A program made the translations under genes and the position numbers. From Antedon mediterranea (taxonomy: Eukaryota; Animalia; Echinodermata): a stretch of DNA of 64,000 nt. The notes under the pieces are model-generated. The model was not told the DNA's origin and made no database searches. It saw only the letters and a list, made by a program, of their open reading frames with translations. Location of the stretch: NCBI RefSeq assembly GCF_964355755.1, contig NC_092675.1, positions 19,006,912-19,070,911 on the forward strand, given 5' to 3'. Positions 14,001 through 26,907 of the stretch are shown one piece after another. Numbering within the stretch: the first letter of the stretch is position 1; every line of letters begins with the position of its first letter.

Positions 14001-16184
14001 GCTGTAATGTTAATGAGATAATTATGAATTTCATCTTTAGAAGTCTGATCAGTTAAAATATTGAATATATGAATAATTTCAGTATTCTGGATAAAAAATT
14101 CTGTAGTACACACAAAATGTAAATATATGGCACCACTGCAACCAACAATTTTCCAATATTAAATCAACTGGGCTCTTTTAATCTCTTTTAGGAGACATAA
14201 ACATAAGAACACTTGTTTATCTTCAATAATTTACATATATATGTATATTTAATTTACAGACCGTATATTCATACTTTATGTGATTAAGATGTTTAATAAA
14301 ATGAAACAAATAAATAATTATTTTCCTATATTGAATTACCTGTTTCAATCTCTTTTGATGAGTGTTGATACAACAACAATTATTTAAACAGATGCGACGA
14401 TTCTCAAGCAACGATATATTACATTGCTTTCAAGTCAAGAATCATAAGGCTATTGCAATATTTTCAAGATTGAAAGGTAAATCATAAAGTTTGGTTGTCA
14501 TTAACGCAAGTAACAGGTTATTGGAACTGTCGCTTGTCATTGGATAATTCGATAATTCGATAATTCGATAATTCGCTTGCTTAAAGCCAATTTTCAAAAA
14601 TGTCCCTGTACAATAATTAATACAAGGATTTTCTTTCGAAAATGGCCAAATTATCGACTTTTCAAAATATGCTGAAGTAAAACACAGTACGTGATTTTGA
14701 CTCTTTGAATAAGACACAAGAAACTTGTTTATCTCCAAGAAGTTCCTATATATATATATATATATATATATATGAATAATTTATATAGGCCTAATAAATG
14801 AAAATGTTTAATAAAATCAAACAATACACATTATAGTTGGGGAGCCAGAAGGGGTTTACCTGCACCCTCTAGCAAACTATATTAACGATGTTTTTTTGCT
14901 TCCTTATATCAACACGAATCAATTTTTTGCTGTTGGCCGAAAAAAAATTGGGATGCTTGGTCAGTACATTGGCCAAAAGGTCAACATGGTCAAAATATAG
15001 ACCCTGCATAACGTGGTAACTACTGCGTGTATTAGAATAATTCTGGTGTCAAAATAATCAGAATACCAATATTTATATTCACTCTAATTGAAAATTTTTG
15101 CAAAAAGTGAATGGAAACCCCTTTTCTGACCACTGGTCAATAAAATGGCCATATGAATATCTCAGCAACCGCTGGTCAGAAAGTGATAATTTTAGTCTTA
15201 AATTACTCGCAAAGTATATGTTTCTATTTAACTTAATATAATAAAAATCATAAAAATGACAATAAACCCGTTATTTTGACCTTTGACATAGAGCCGGTAC
15301 AACTATTTTTGACTTTCATCACATTTTACATATCTCAGAAACTGTTTGGCATATAACGTCGCACTTGGTGTCAAAATACTCAGAAGACCTATATTTCTAT
15401 TCACTCTAATGGAAAAATTTGCCAAAAGTGACCGCAAAACTCTGTTTTTGACCATTGGTCAACAAAATAGCCATATCAATATCTCAGCAACCACTGGTCA
15501 GAATGTTGTAATTTTAGTCACAAATTACTCGCAAAGTATATCTTTATCAATTAATCAATCATTCGATTTATATTGCGCGATTCCAACAGTCATTACTCAT
15601 GTTTAGTAGTGACTTAAAGGTGCTCAATAATGATGTTTGTTTAATGTTCAAAGGTAGGTTTGCTTTAATACAAAAGAAATACACAAAATGTCAAGAAACA
15701 CATTATTTTGACATAACCTATATATAGCGGGTGCAAATAACTTTGCATGGACCACATTTTATATTAAATAACGGGCGAAAATTTTTGTTGGAATCACTAA
15801 TAATTTAATGCAAGAAGCAAAACACTCGTACCAGGTTTGTTATAAAAAGTACACAGTAAATCTTAAATCACACTACATCAGCTGTATGTGATTTGTTTTT
15901 TAATTTAACAATTCTAAATAACTTCTAACGTTTATTGATAAAGATTTCTACACTGTATACTAATTTACATATTATTGTTGTTTATCTTATTATTTAATCA
16001 TCATCGCTTTCATCCGAATCACTAATATCGTCAAATTCTGCTTCGGGATATTCGTCACTATCTGTACTCTCGGTATTGTCTATATCCTCCAATAAATCTG
16101 TTAGTGATGGAGGCAACACTGGAACATCTGACCAAAGAGGTTCAATTAAACCCATTTCATTCTTGATCCAATGTTCTTTTGTTG

Positions 16185-18600
16185 GGATTTGTAAATCCAT
16201 TCAACGTTGAAGACAAGTCTAAACTATATTGTATATCATCTGGGGCACCAGTTACAACCAATGTTGAAGCTGACATTTTGGATGCTGAAACTATTGGACG
16301 GAAACAAAAAGAAAAGTTTGTCAAAGACAGGCTACCCAGTGAGGACCCAATAGATTTTTTTGACAAAATCCCAAAAAAACAAATTAAAGACCATGGGAAT
16401 TCAAACTACTTGGTGTATATATCAACAGTAAATTAACATGCCACTCTCATGTAGATTATGTTTGTAGTAAGGCAAGCAAACTTCTTGGTTTTGTTTCAAG
16501 ATGTAGTAAAGCAATGTCTTGGATGGCAATTCTAAATCTTTACAAAGCACTAATACTACCTGTTGTGACTTACTGTTGTTGTATGTGGGCACCTACTGAA
16601 ATATCTCATATGTATAGACTTGAAAGGGTTCAGAGAAAGGCCACTAGAATAATTATGTACAGAAAAGAAGGAAATTGGGACACTTCATATTTATATAGGT
16701 TAAAGAACCTAAATATTTTAAGTATTGAAGTGTATAGACTCACATTAGGTTTTAAAATAATGCATGGCCTCTGTCCATCATCTTTTAATGAGTTTGTGAG
16801 ATCAAGTGAGAGGTTTGAAGGGCGGTTAATACATTGGAAGGCAAAGACCAATACATTTTTAAATTCATCGTTTGTTATTTTCCCTAGATTATGGGAGCAA
16901 CTTCCCAATGAAATTAAACAATGTGCTACAATTTCAGACTTTAAAGCCCAACTCATCAAACATTTGATCTCAAAATATTAAGTTGTAATTGTTTATATTG
17001 TTTATTCAATGCAGCTTATTTTTAATTGGTGTATCTCATTATAACTTTGTTTAGTTTTATTTTGACTTAATTTGTGCTACTTAGTTTTGTTATTTTTGTA
17101 TTTTATAAGTAATGATGGAGTAAGAGCAGTTTTCTGTTTGGGCTCATGCCTATTACTTGCTCCTGGCTAGATGAATTGTAAAATGTACTTTATGAACTTT
17201 TGCCGAATAAATATTATTATTATAACAAGAAGACTAAACTTATCTCAACATCAGGCAAACCAATTCAATATTAAGACCAGTGTAATCTAGCATTTACGCT
17301 ACTTATTAAATCTCAAAACCAAAAACTCCCAATTAAACTGGATGAATTGATGACATATTGCCTTACACCTGTACCATATAGCCTCAGTACTCCGGATGGA
17401 TATTTTAACAAAACAAACAAGGCAAAACTTCTGCATATTGTTACAGATGATTCCATAGCGAATTTAAAAAAATACACCTCTGCCACTTCCGTCACTTTGC
17501 ATTGAAGATGGAAATGCTGTATTTCATTCTATATCAACATCATGTCTACCTGACACATTTTGAAGAATATGTATAAAAGTATTGGATTCCCTTCGTGGGA
17601 AATCAGATATCCTTTTCTCCACAGATCAATACTTATCAAATTCGATTAAGTCACAAGAGAGACTTCGCCGAGGAACTACTGAGAGACTGATACTATCTGG
17701 ACCAAAGACACGCAAACCAACAGATATGAAAAGGTTTCTTATGAATGATGGTAACAAAGAGCAACTAATTGATTTGTTGTTGACAGTTTGGAGTAGTGAG
17801 CAAGCGATTACCAGAATTTTAGGTCGAAACATAACTTTAATTTCAAAAGGCAGTGCCTATAAATTAATAGCTTCAGATATTAATGGTCCAATCAAAATTG
17901 AAGAGATATTCACCTTAAAATCGAATCAAGAAGAAACGGACACACGGGTTATACTGTAAATGGGCAGAACAGGGAGGCTACAAATCTGTGGTAGTAAGAA
18001 GTCCCGACACTGACATATTTGTCATTACATTATATTATGTAAATGAAATATTTTTTGAAACTGGGACTGGGAAGAACAAACGCATTATCAATGTAACTGA
18101 AATTGCAAAATCATTTGGGAAAGAATACTGTGCATCACTGCTTGGCCTCCGTATATACAGGTGAAGATTGTAACAGTTCATTTAAAGGAAAAGGGAAAGC
18201 TCAGCCACTAAAATTAATGCAAAATCAATCACTCTACAAAAAAACATGCAAATAGGCGAAGGGGAAAAGTTGACACCAAAATCAAGAGTAGATATTTCCC
18301 GATTACCACCATGTAGTCTTAATATGCACATAAGAAGAGTTAATTATAGACTATGTCAACTAAAGCATTCTTATATACCAATAGTACCAACTACCTGCAC
18401 CAACAAAAGAACATGGTTGGATCAAGAATGAAATGGGTTTAATTGAACCTCTTTGGTCAGATGTTCCAGTGTTGCCTCCATCACTAATAGATTTATTGGA
18501 GGATATAGACAATACAGAGAGTACAGATAGTGACGAATATCCCGAAGCAGAATTTGACGATATTAGTGATTCGGATGAAAGCGATGATGATTTAAGATAA
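16185..18600 (+). pseudogene. Fragmented Academ transposase C-terminal region (XPG/PIN-like nuclease motifs)
   Basis: Motifs FVNPF..LYCISSG..FVKDRL..FFDKI, LTPVPYSLSTPDG..KTNKAKLLH, SNQEETDTRVIL, VVVRSPDTDIFVI, TGEDCNSSFKGKGK and SRLPPC..HIRRVNY, plus an acidic tail. Several stops and frameshifts, 5'-truncated, and interrupted by a LINE. Confidence 0.75.
16399..17224 (+). mobile_element. 5'-truncated LINE (CR1/L2/Jockey-type RT C-terminus + 3' UTR) nested in the Academ transposase
   Basis: Translates to KLLGVYINSKL..HVDYVCSKASKLLGFVSR and LYKALILPVVTYCCCMWAP..RLERVQRKATRII. Ends aataaatattattattata. Transposase homology resumes right after it. Confidence 0.85.
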
Positions 18601-20015
18601 ACAACAATAATATGTAAATTAGTATACAGTGTAGAAATCTTTATCAATAAACGTTAGAAGTTATTTAGAATTGTTAAATTAAAAAAACAAATCACATACA
18701 GCTGATGTAGTGTGATTTAAGATTTACTGTGTACTTTTTATAACAAACCTGGTACGAGTGTTTTGCTTCTTGCATTCAATTATTCGTGATTCCAACAAAA
18801 ATGTTCGCCTGTTATTTAATATAAAATGTGGTCCATGCAAAGTTATTTGCACCCGCTATATATAGGTTAAATGTCAAAATAATGTGGTTTTTTGACATTT
18901 TGTGTATTTCTATTGTATTAAATAAAACCTACCTTTGAAACAAACATCATTATTGAGCACCTTTAAGTCACTACTAAACATGAGTAATGACTGTTGGAAT
19001 CGCGCAATATAAATCGAATGATTGATTAATGGATAAAGATATACTTTGCGAGTAATTTGAGACTAAAATTACAACTTTCTGACCAGTGGTTGCTGAGATA
19101 TTGATATGGCTATTTTTTGACCTATGGTCAAAAACAGAGTTTGCGGTCAGTTTTTGGCAAATTTTGTTCATTAGAGTGAATAGAAATATGGGTCTTCTGA
19201 GTATTTTGACACCAAGTACGACGTTATATGCCAAACAGTTTCTGAGATATGTAAAATGTGATGAAAGTCAAAAATAGTTGTACCGGCTCTATGTCAAAGG
19301 TCAAAATAACGGGTTTATTGTCATTTTTATGATTTTTATTATATTAAGTCAAATAGAAACATATACTTTGCGAGTAATTTGAGACTAAAATTATTACTTT
19401 CTGACCAGCGGTTGCTGAGATATTCATATGGCCATTTCCTTGACCATTGGTCAGAAAAGGGGTTTCCATTCACTTTTGGCAAAAATTTTTAATTAGAGTG
19501 AATATAAATATGGGTATTCTGATTATTTTGACACCAGAATTATTCCAATACACCCAGTAGTTACCAAGTATGCAGGGTCTATATTTTGACCATGTTGACC
19601 TTTTGGCCCCTGTACTGACCAAGCATCCCAATTTTTTTCGGCCAACAGCAAAAAATCGATTTGTGTTGATATAAGGAAGCAAAAAAACATTGTTATTATA
19701 GTTTGCTAGAGGGTGCAGGTAAACCCCTTCTGGCTCCCCAACTATTATATATACACATTAATATTGTCTTTTATATAAGACCTAAATAAATTCCTGTCAT
19801 TTTATTGGACTATTGTATGTCATGGCGTGCAATAGTACGCACTATTAAACGATCGTTTAATAGTACTTTTTTTCGTGTACGAAAACAAAAATCTTTTCGC
19901 GTTTGGAATATATTTTTTTTTTACTATTGCTTTTGAAATACAACAGCGCCACCTATTTTGTACTTTCACCGCGAATTTAATTTTATGACTGGTTTCGCGA
20001 TAGAAGTACATTTTT

Positions 20016-20017
<2 letters not shown>

Positions 20018-20107
<90 letters not shown>
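20018..20107. repeat. (TA)n microsatellite
   Basis: About 45 consecutive TA units. Confidence 0.97.
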
Positions 20108-20111
<4 letters not shown>

Positions 20112-20787
20112 TCATTTAGATCAAAGGGCATTTAAATTAGCTTTAGATCGTTTGTAGGATTTTGATTAATTAATGGTAACATCTCTACAAGACGTGGAGT
20201 CGTTGGAAAAAACATAATTAGCCTAAATGAGTTCTAATTGCCTGTCAAAGAGCTAGTTCTAGTAGGCCTAACCGGGTCTGGGCGCACCATCCAGCCCCTG
20301 GTGGAATGCGTGTACTGCATGGAATGTTATTACTTTGCTGTCCCCGAAATTTCTATTCATTCATTTTTTCCATTCAGTTGTAATTGTCGCCGAGATTAGA
20401 AAAAAGAAAAGATATACTGTTACAACGATCAACTTCGAGCAATACGGAGTTGCGAATGAATTTTGCCTATTTTCACCTGAAAAATAAACACATTTTGGTC
20501 CCTGGATGTAATGATATTGACGTGACGCGTATATCGTACTCATACAGAGAGCTGGGGCACGAACGATTCGTACAATGGACACCGCCAGCCAACCGCGTAT
20601 GTCTACCTATTATGTATATATAGTATGTGTGGTCATAGAGTATAATAGTGTCATCATCATAGAGGATATGTTAATAATAATAGTACACTAACTATAGTAA
20701 CTGTGTACTGTAGTTTACATTATAGCAACACATTTTTTTTCTAGGCCACCCACCGATACGTACTCAACTATATCAATGTATTGATAA

Positions 20788-21392
20788 AACTAGAGGGTAC
20801 TCCGAGAGTACAAACCTCCGCCTACTGTAAAATTCCTCTACATAAAATGCCCCCTGAATATTTTTTTTTAACATTTTTTTTTATTAGTTCTAAGTGTAAA
20901 TATGTTAACTGCACACTACAAAGTTGTGGATGACAGTGTGGTGTAATGGTTATGTATCCAGCCTCTCACAGTTGAGGTCGCTGGTTCAAGCCCCACTGAG
21001 GGTTTTTTTTTTTAATTATTTTTTTATTTATTTATTTTTTTTTTTTGGTGGACCTTGATCTTTGACCCTGACCCTTCAAAATGTAACCACAATTATATGA
21101 TGTGTCATTGATCATTGTGGCTAAGTTTGGTGAGAATCGGATCAAAACTGTGGTCTCTAGACAGTAAAATAGTTCTTTGTTAGTTGTGACCTTGACCTAT
21201 GACCTTTCCCCCTCAAATTCGAACTCGTCCGAGCTTTTTGGGCATAAATCATTGTGTCAAAATTTGGTTAGAATCGGATAAAAACTGTGGCCTCCAGGCT
21301 GCTCACAGACACACACACAAACACACAAACACACACACAAACACACACACAAACATACAGGGGTGAAAACATAACCTCCTTGGCGTTAAGTT
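20788..21392 (-). mobile_element. Helentron/HINE-like non-autonomous rolling-circle element
   Basis: The minus strand starts ...cgccaaggaggttatgttttcacccc, followed by a (GT/GTTT)n tract. It ends ggcggaggtttgtactctcggagtaccctctagtt (subterminal IR + hairpin + CTAG). It carries a degenerate tRNA-like piece at ~20932-21003. Confidence 0.7.
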
Positions 21393-21632
21393 AAATGCCT
21401 TTTTTGTTCATTATCATATTGGCCAATTTTTGTCCCTGTACTATAATAGTACAAGGATTCTTTCCAAAAATGGCCACAATATCGACTTTTTAAAAATGTT
21501 GATGTAACATATGCGCAGAACAAATTGTTTGATTTTGCACATGTGGAGAGCACATAGTTCGATTCTGCGCATACCAATTATGATATAGTAACCAGTTATG
21601 TGAATAAATAAAGGGTTGAAATGTTCCCAATT

Positions 21633-22408
21633 TTTAGTCGCGTGGAAGCGACTCTATAGTTCACTATGTCGGTCGGTTGGTCGGTCTGTCTGTCTGTCGG
21701 TCCGGTATCACTATGCGTTTTATCGCTTTCTGACCTGATCTTGATATCAGTTTAATCTAGCTAGGTCAATTTTTCACAGTATATTCCTTATGGCCAGGAA
21801 TCAATGTGGTTATGTTTTCATGGTGCGCAATAAAAAATTACGCGGTCTACGCACGATTTAACGAAATCACGTTTGTAATCATATCTTCACAACCATGAAT
21901 CACAATTAAATAAAATTTGGTACTCATAAATTTCAGGGCATAAATCATCATATGGCAATACAATTACGTGCGCAGCGCATGTAACGCATGTGTACGCGCG
22001 CTTAAAATTTTCAAAATTTATTTTCGATGAAATAAGAGTACATTTCAGGAAATTTTAAGTGTTTACAAAATTGCCATGAGTGCGCATATTTTTGCGCACG
22101 CACTGCGCGTTAAATGTTATTGCGCACTCTTTTTGCCCGATTTCTGTTTTCTTGACTTACTTTTCAACTCGAAATTACGTTATACGAGCACGTCGAAAGT
22201 GACAGGCTACGCACGTGTAAATTAAAAAAATATAAATGTTTTTAAACATTTCAACATTTTTAAACATGTTCAGTAATTTCGGTCAGTATAGTTCACTATG
22301 TCGGTCGGTCGGTCTGTCTGTCTGTCTGTCGGTCTGTCTGTCGGTCTGTCTGTCGGTCCGGTATCACTATGCATTGTAGCACGCGACTTAATGGCTGTTG
22401 GCCTTGTT
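21633..22408 (+). mobile_element. Helentron/DINE-1-like (HINE) non-autonomous element
   Basis: Subterminal IR tagtcgcgtg / cacgcgactta, (GTCG/GTCT)n microsatellite blocks, a 3' mini-hairpin ggctgttggcc, and T-rich flanks. Confidence 0.7.
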
Positions 22409-24236
22409 TTTAAATTTCCCTGTACTATAGTACGGGGTTTGTGTTCAAAAATTGCCAAAATATAGACTTTTTAAAATGTTGAGGTAACATGCGCAGAACA
22501 AATACATACATTATGATCATATTATTGAATGATGCTTTAAACCTAAGCTTTACCTAAATGTAAATTGGATTAAATTGAGCTATTCAAAATTTGTATTACT
22601 TGAATTTTGCCATATAGCCAATAACTGCTCTACTAGGCAGAGAAGAACCATGTTAAAGGCTTTAAAATAGCTCGCATTTAAATTTCTAAATGCTCCAGCT
22701 TGTCAGATTATAACTTTTATATAAAGTTTAATCAGACGATATTTACATGTGAAAAAATATCCAGTCGTCAAAGTGTTGGCAAATGGAGAAATTAACAATA
22801 CGCAGAATGATCGGTCGGAGAAAGGTCCGGTTGGCGAAAGGTCCAACTTCAAGAATAGATCTCTGTGGCTTATGAGAGACTGAAAGATCATAATTAACTG
22901 ACGAAGTTTCTTCTTTGCCTTATTTTTTTTAAAGTATTTCCCCTTTTCTGTCCATTCTACTTATATATTTGGTTTAATTCAAATTGTAATTTAATAATTT
23001 GTCAGTCATGTTTAAAGAAGTTAATTTACTAATTGAATGCAATGCTTTTCATTTTACGGGTGTGTAAGTAACCTCACGCTTAAATATGTAATTGTCCCCA
23101 AGAACAGTGAAAAAGTTTGTAATACTTGAATTGCATTTCTAGCATTTTTTCTTTTACCCAATACGAACATTTGGTAATGTACCTAGTTTCGATAGCCGAT
23201 CCCCCCAAATGACTTAATATGGCATCATATTTCAAATCCAAATCTAAGTAATAATATGTACAATATGTCTGGATGGGACTATAACCGGGTAAACCATGGT
23301 TTATGAGAAAATAAATAACTGGCCATAACAAATGACAAGCTACAGTTCCAATAATCTATTACTTGTTGGTCAATTTACTTGCGTTAATAAAAGCCAAACT
23401 TCATAATTTACCATTCAATTCTGAAAATATTGTTATACCACTACCAGTTCTAGAAATACCGGGATGGTGTCCGACGGGGAATAGTTTCACCACGTATTTT
23501 AAGTTCTATTTATTTGATGTTAGCTGAAACCGTTCAAATTCATTTCAATGTAAATGATTTTTATATGTTTACAAATGACAATAATTTGACTTCACTTGAC
23601 TTGAAAGGAATGTAATATATTCGTCGCAGCTGTTGTTTCGTACAGTCATCAAAAGAGATTGAAACACGTAATTCAATATAGGACAATAATAATGTATTTG
23701 GTTAATGTTATTAAACATTTTTATTAAATATAATATAAATATACAGTCTGTATATATGTAATTTATAATAAACAAGTTTTCTTATGCTTTATGTATCTTA
23801 AAAGATATTCAATATTGATTGCAGTGGTGAAATACAATTGTCATATGGAGATAAATACTTAAGAAATACATAAAAACTACACAAATGTATAATTCACCGC
23901 AATTAATTTGACCAATCACAAGCATGGATTGTTCGAACTATCCCTTGTCATTGATCAACTCGTTGTTGTCCTTGCGTTGCATCCCATTACTTCAAACTAA
24001 CTTGATTTTAACTTGTAACGTAGGTTACCCACGCAAACACAACATGCACACACGTTAAAATGACATTGTTGCTGTTGTTTATGATGTTGTGCGCTTGGAT
24101 AACAAGTGACAAGCTCAAATCTGGTTTTATATGATTTTCCCTTCAATTTTTAAAATTGTGATATACCATTATGATTCTTGACTTGAAGCAATGTTAGATA
24201 TCAATTTCTTAAAGAAATATATATATATATATATAG

Positions 24237-25397
24237 AACTAACCGGACATCTCCGGAACAGAAATTACAAGAAGGAATACATCGAAACTGCTATAAAGAA
24301 AGCAAAAGATATTTCTCGGTGTCAAACACTGACGTACAAACCACGTCAGCCAAAAAAATCGACCAGAATGCCATTGGTCACAACCTACCACCCTAGGTTG
24401 CCTCCATTGCGGGCTATTATTGAGAAACATATGCCCATTCTACAGTCCACAGAACGTCTCAGGACTGTTTTTCCGGAACCACCCATTATTGCATTTCGTA
24501 GACCTCCCAACCTTCGTGATATATTAGTCAGATCCAAATTTAAGAGTGAAATTAACTCTCATGACAGCCAAAATTTGGGCAGTCACCTTTGCGGAAAATC
24601 TTGCAAAACTTGTTCATTGGTTGATTCTACTGAAAAATTTGAGAGTAACCAAACTGGCCGCATTTTTCGGATAAGACAATCAATTAATTGTCTAACCAAA
24701 AACGTCATTTATCTCATATACTGTAATATGTGTGGCAAACAGTACGTCGGAGAAACAAAAAACACTCTCCGTATGAGAATGACACAACATAGATCAGCTA
24801 TCAAAACATTAAAGCTTGATCAACCTGTAGCCGAACATTTTAATTCAGCTGGTCACTCGATTGCAAATTTCAGAGTTATTGCAATAGACCACGATGTCAA
24901 ATGGAGCGACAAAACTCGCAAAGACAAAGAAAACCACTGGGAATTACTACTTAAAACCACAAAACCTTTTGGACTTAACATTAGGAACATACTCCCAGAT
25001 CGGTAAAATTATTCCATTGACTACCAAAATTTAAGTTTCAATATTAACCACCATTTAAGCTGTTTTTTAGTCTCATTCCAAAATTGTTTATATCTCTACC
25101 AAGCTACCTTCTTTGTTTTCCACTCTTATTCAGACTCCACCCTGGCTCCCTTTGTTATATTTCTTTTATTCCTGTCCACCCAGGCAGCACTTGCCAGCTT
25201 TATACTCTGACGTTATCCAAATTCCTTCACTTGCACTGATGAAGGGCTAGTGTTGCCCGAAAGCTCTGCTAACTTTTCTGGCTGTTTACTTTATCGTTTT
25301 GATTTAGCTTTTCGCTTTTTATTTTTGTATCTCCATTGAGATCCAGCCACTGATACCCACAGCATTGTCATTTTTTTCAGTAATTTGCCTTTGGATT

Positions 25398-25398
<1 letters not shown>
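24237..25398 (+). mobile_element. 5'-truncated Penelope-like retroelement (GIY-YIG endonuclease + 3' region) inserted in (TA)n
   Basis: ORF to 25006 has PLVTTYHP..PIIAFRRPPNLRDILV, a CGKSCKTC linker, NVIYLIYCNMCGKQYVGET..RMTQH..PVAEHF (GIY-YIG with CCHH motif, Neptune-like) and LKTTKPFGLN. Flanked by TA runs. Confidence 0.92.
25233..25269 (+). ncRNA. Minimal type I hammerhead ribozyme motif in the Penelope 3' region
   Basis: gca-CTGATGA-a-GGGC-tagtgtt-GCCC-GAAA-gc-TC-tgc: conserved core boxes, 4-bp stem II, palindromic AGCT stem III and a short gca/tgc stem I. Confidence 0.75.
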
Positions 25399-25428
<30 letters not shown>

Positions 25429-25539
25429 AAACAATGAAGTAACCAAGTTTTCTGCTGTTGTTTTATTTATATATATAATCGAGTTCGAACAATACCATGA
25501 AAGCCCCAGTGATCTCCTGTTGTGTTTATATATAAGTTT

Positions 25540-26496
25540 GATATTTCTGTGATGGGATATGCCGATGATCACTCAGTGTATGATTCATTAAATCCAAATT
25601 CTAGTTCTAGTATGGAAAATACAATCACCAAATTACAAGAGTGCCTCATATCCATCAACGACTGGATGAAGTCCAACAGACTAAAAATGAACAGTGAAAA
25701 AACAGAGTTCATACTATTGGGAAGCAGAGCTCAACTTCTGAAATGCGAGAAAGATCATATCATCGTATGCCAGGACAGAATACCACGTGGTTCATCTGTA
25801 AAATACCTTGGTGTTAATATCGACGACCAGCTATCTTTCAAGAACCACATACGTGATAAATGCAGAACGATAGCTGTTAATTTATACTATATTCGTCAAA
25901 TCCGTAAATTTCTCTCCAAGGACCTTTGCCAACAACTAATTCAATCGCTTGTGCTGTCACATATTGATTACGCCAATGCATTGTTTTATGGTCTACCTGC
26001 TAATACCCTTGCTCCAATGAAGAGGTTACTGCACCAAGCTGCGAAAATAATTGTCAGGAAAGGTCGGTATGACAGTGCAACTAACGCCATGCGATCCTTG
26101 CACTGGCTTCCGATGTCTCATAGATGTCAATTCAATATAGCGTGTCTTGTATGGCGTTCGCTTAAAGGTTCCGCTCCAAGTTACCTGAGAGATATTCTTA
26201 CTGTGCGGAATGTTTCTCGCAGTACTCGTTCAAGCACCAGCAATTATAACCTGACAATCATACGAACTAAACGAAAGACATTTGCTGACCGTTCGTTCGC
26301 CGTAGCAGGACCCAAAATTTGGAACAGATTACCAAGTCACATTAAACACTTAGACGACTATAATCAGTTTTAAAAACATTTAAAAGCACTATATTTCAAA
26401 CAATGTTACGATACTAATTGATGTGAAGCGCCGCTGATTATAATTAAATGTTGTATAAATGTGCGCTATACAAGTAATAATAATAATAATAATAAT
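25540..26496 (+). mobile_element. 5'-truncated L2-clade LINE (RT C-terminal half)
   Basis: YADD at ~25558, WMKSNRLKMNSEKTEFILLG, VKYLGVNIDDQLSF, LHWLP and RSFAVAGPKIWNRLP. The 3' end is gtgcgctatacaag(taa)n. Confidence 0.92.
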
Positions 26497-26510
26497 ATAT
26501 ATATATATAT

Positions 26511-26907
26511 ATAAACAAATCAGGCAAAGAACATTAATTCTAAACCGCCCGGTGATATACTGAAATTTAATTAATTAATTTGAAACGATAAAGATGAGGA
26601 AATCTGTGAGAATGAGAAAAAGTCGCCCCAACCGAGACTCGAACTCGGACCGCCTGCTTGATATGCAGATGTCCTAACCATTAGACCACTGGGGCTTTCA
26701 TGGTATTGTTTGAACTCGATTGGATAGCGACTCTTTAACATTCTCGGCGTGTTACGGAGGAACAGCACTAGTCCTCAATTGTACGCACGTGCACCAGAGA
26801 TCAAATTGATACGGCCTCATCTTACAGTGTTTTTATTCCGAAGAGATACTTTTATATATATAAACAAATCAGGCAAAGAACATTAATTCTAAACCGCCCG
26901 GTGATAT
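26511..26907. mobile_element. Direct-repeat-bounded ~400-bp element carrying the tRNA-like gene
   Basis: An identical ~48-bp repeat (ataaacaaatcaggcaaagaacattaattctaaaccgcccggtgatata) at 26511-26558 and ~26860-26907, embedded in (TA)n. An inverted fragment of the same element lies at ~25477-25514. Confidence 0.65.
26624..26695 (-). tRNA. tRNA-like gene (Asp/Glu-like body, atypical ATC anticodon), probably repeat-borne or a pseudogene
   Basis: 72-nt cloverleaf GCCCCAG TG GTCT AATGGTTA GGAC A TCTGC ATATCAA GCAGG CGGT CCGAG TTCGAGT CTCGG TTGGGGC G, followed by TTTTT. All four stems pair. Confidence 0.6.

Larger units (their letters stand above)
14834..19744 (+). mobile_element. Defective Academ (AcademX-type) DNA transposon with ~1.35 kb inverted arms
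   Basis: Termini TAGTTGGGGAGCC...GGCTCCCCAACTA with a 3-bp TSD TTA (14831-14833, 19745-19747). Arms are 14834-16185 and 18400-19744. The interior carries transposase/XPG-like fragments. Confidence 0.85.

Noticed and set aside
19820-20131. 103-aa ORF with a YI repeat
   Set aside because: Reads through a (TA)n microsatellite.
20932-21003. tRNA gene
   Set aside because: A/B boxes are present but the stems pair poorly; a degenerate tRNA-derived piece inside a repeat.
26720-26830. HDV-like ribozyme upstream of the tRNA-like gene
   Set aside because: A tgtt-cctccgt-aaca hairpin exists on the minus strand, but I could not build P1/P2 of the nested double pseudoknot.
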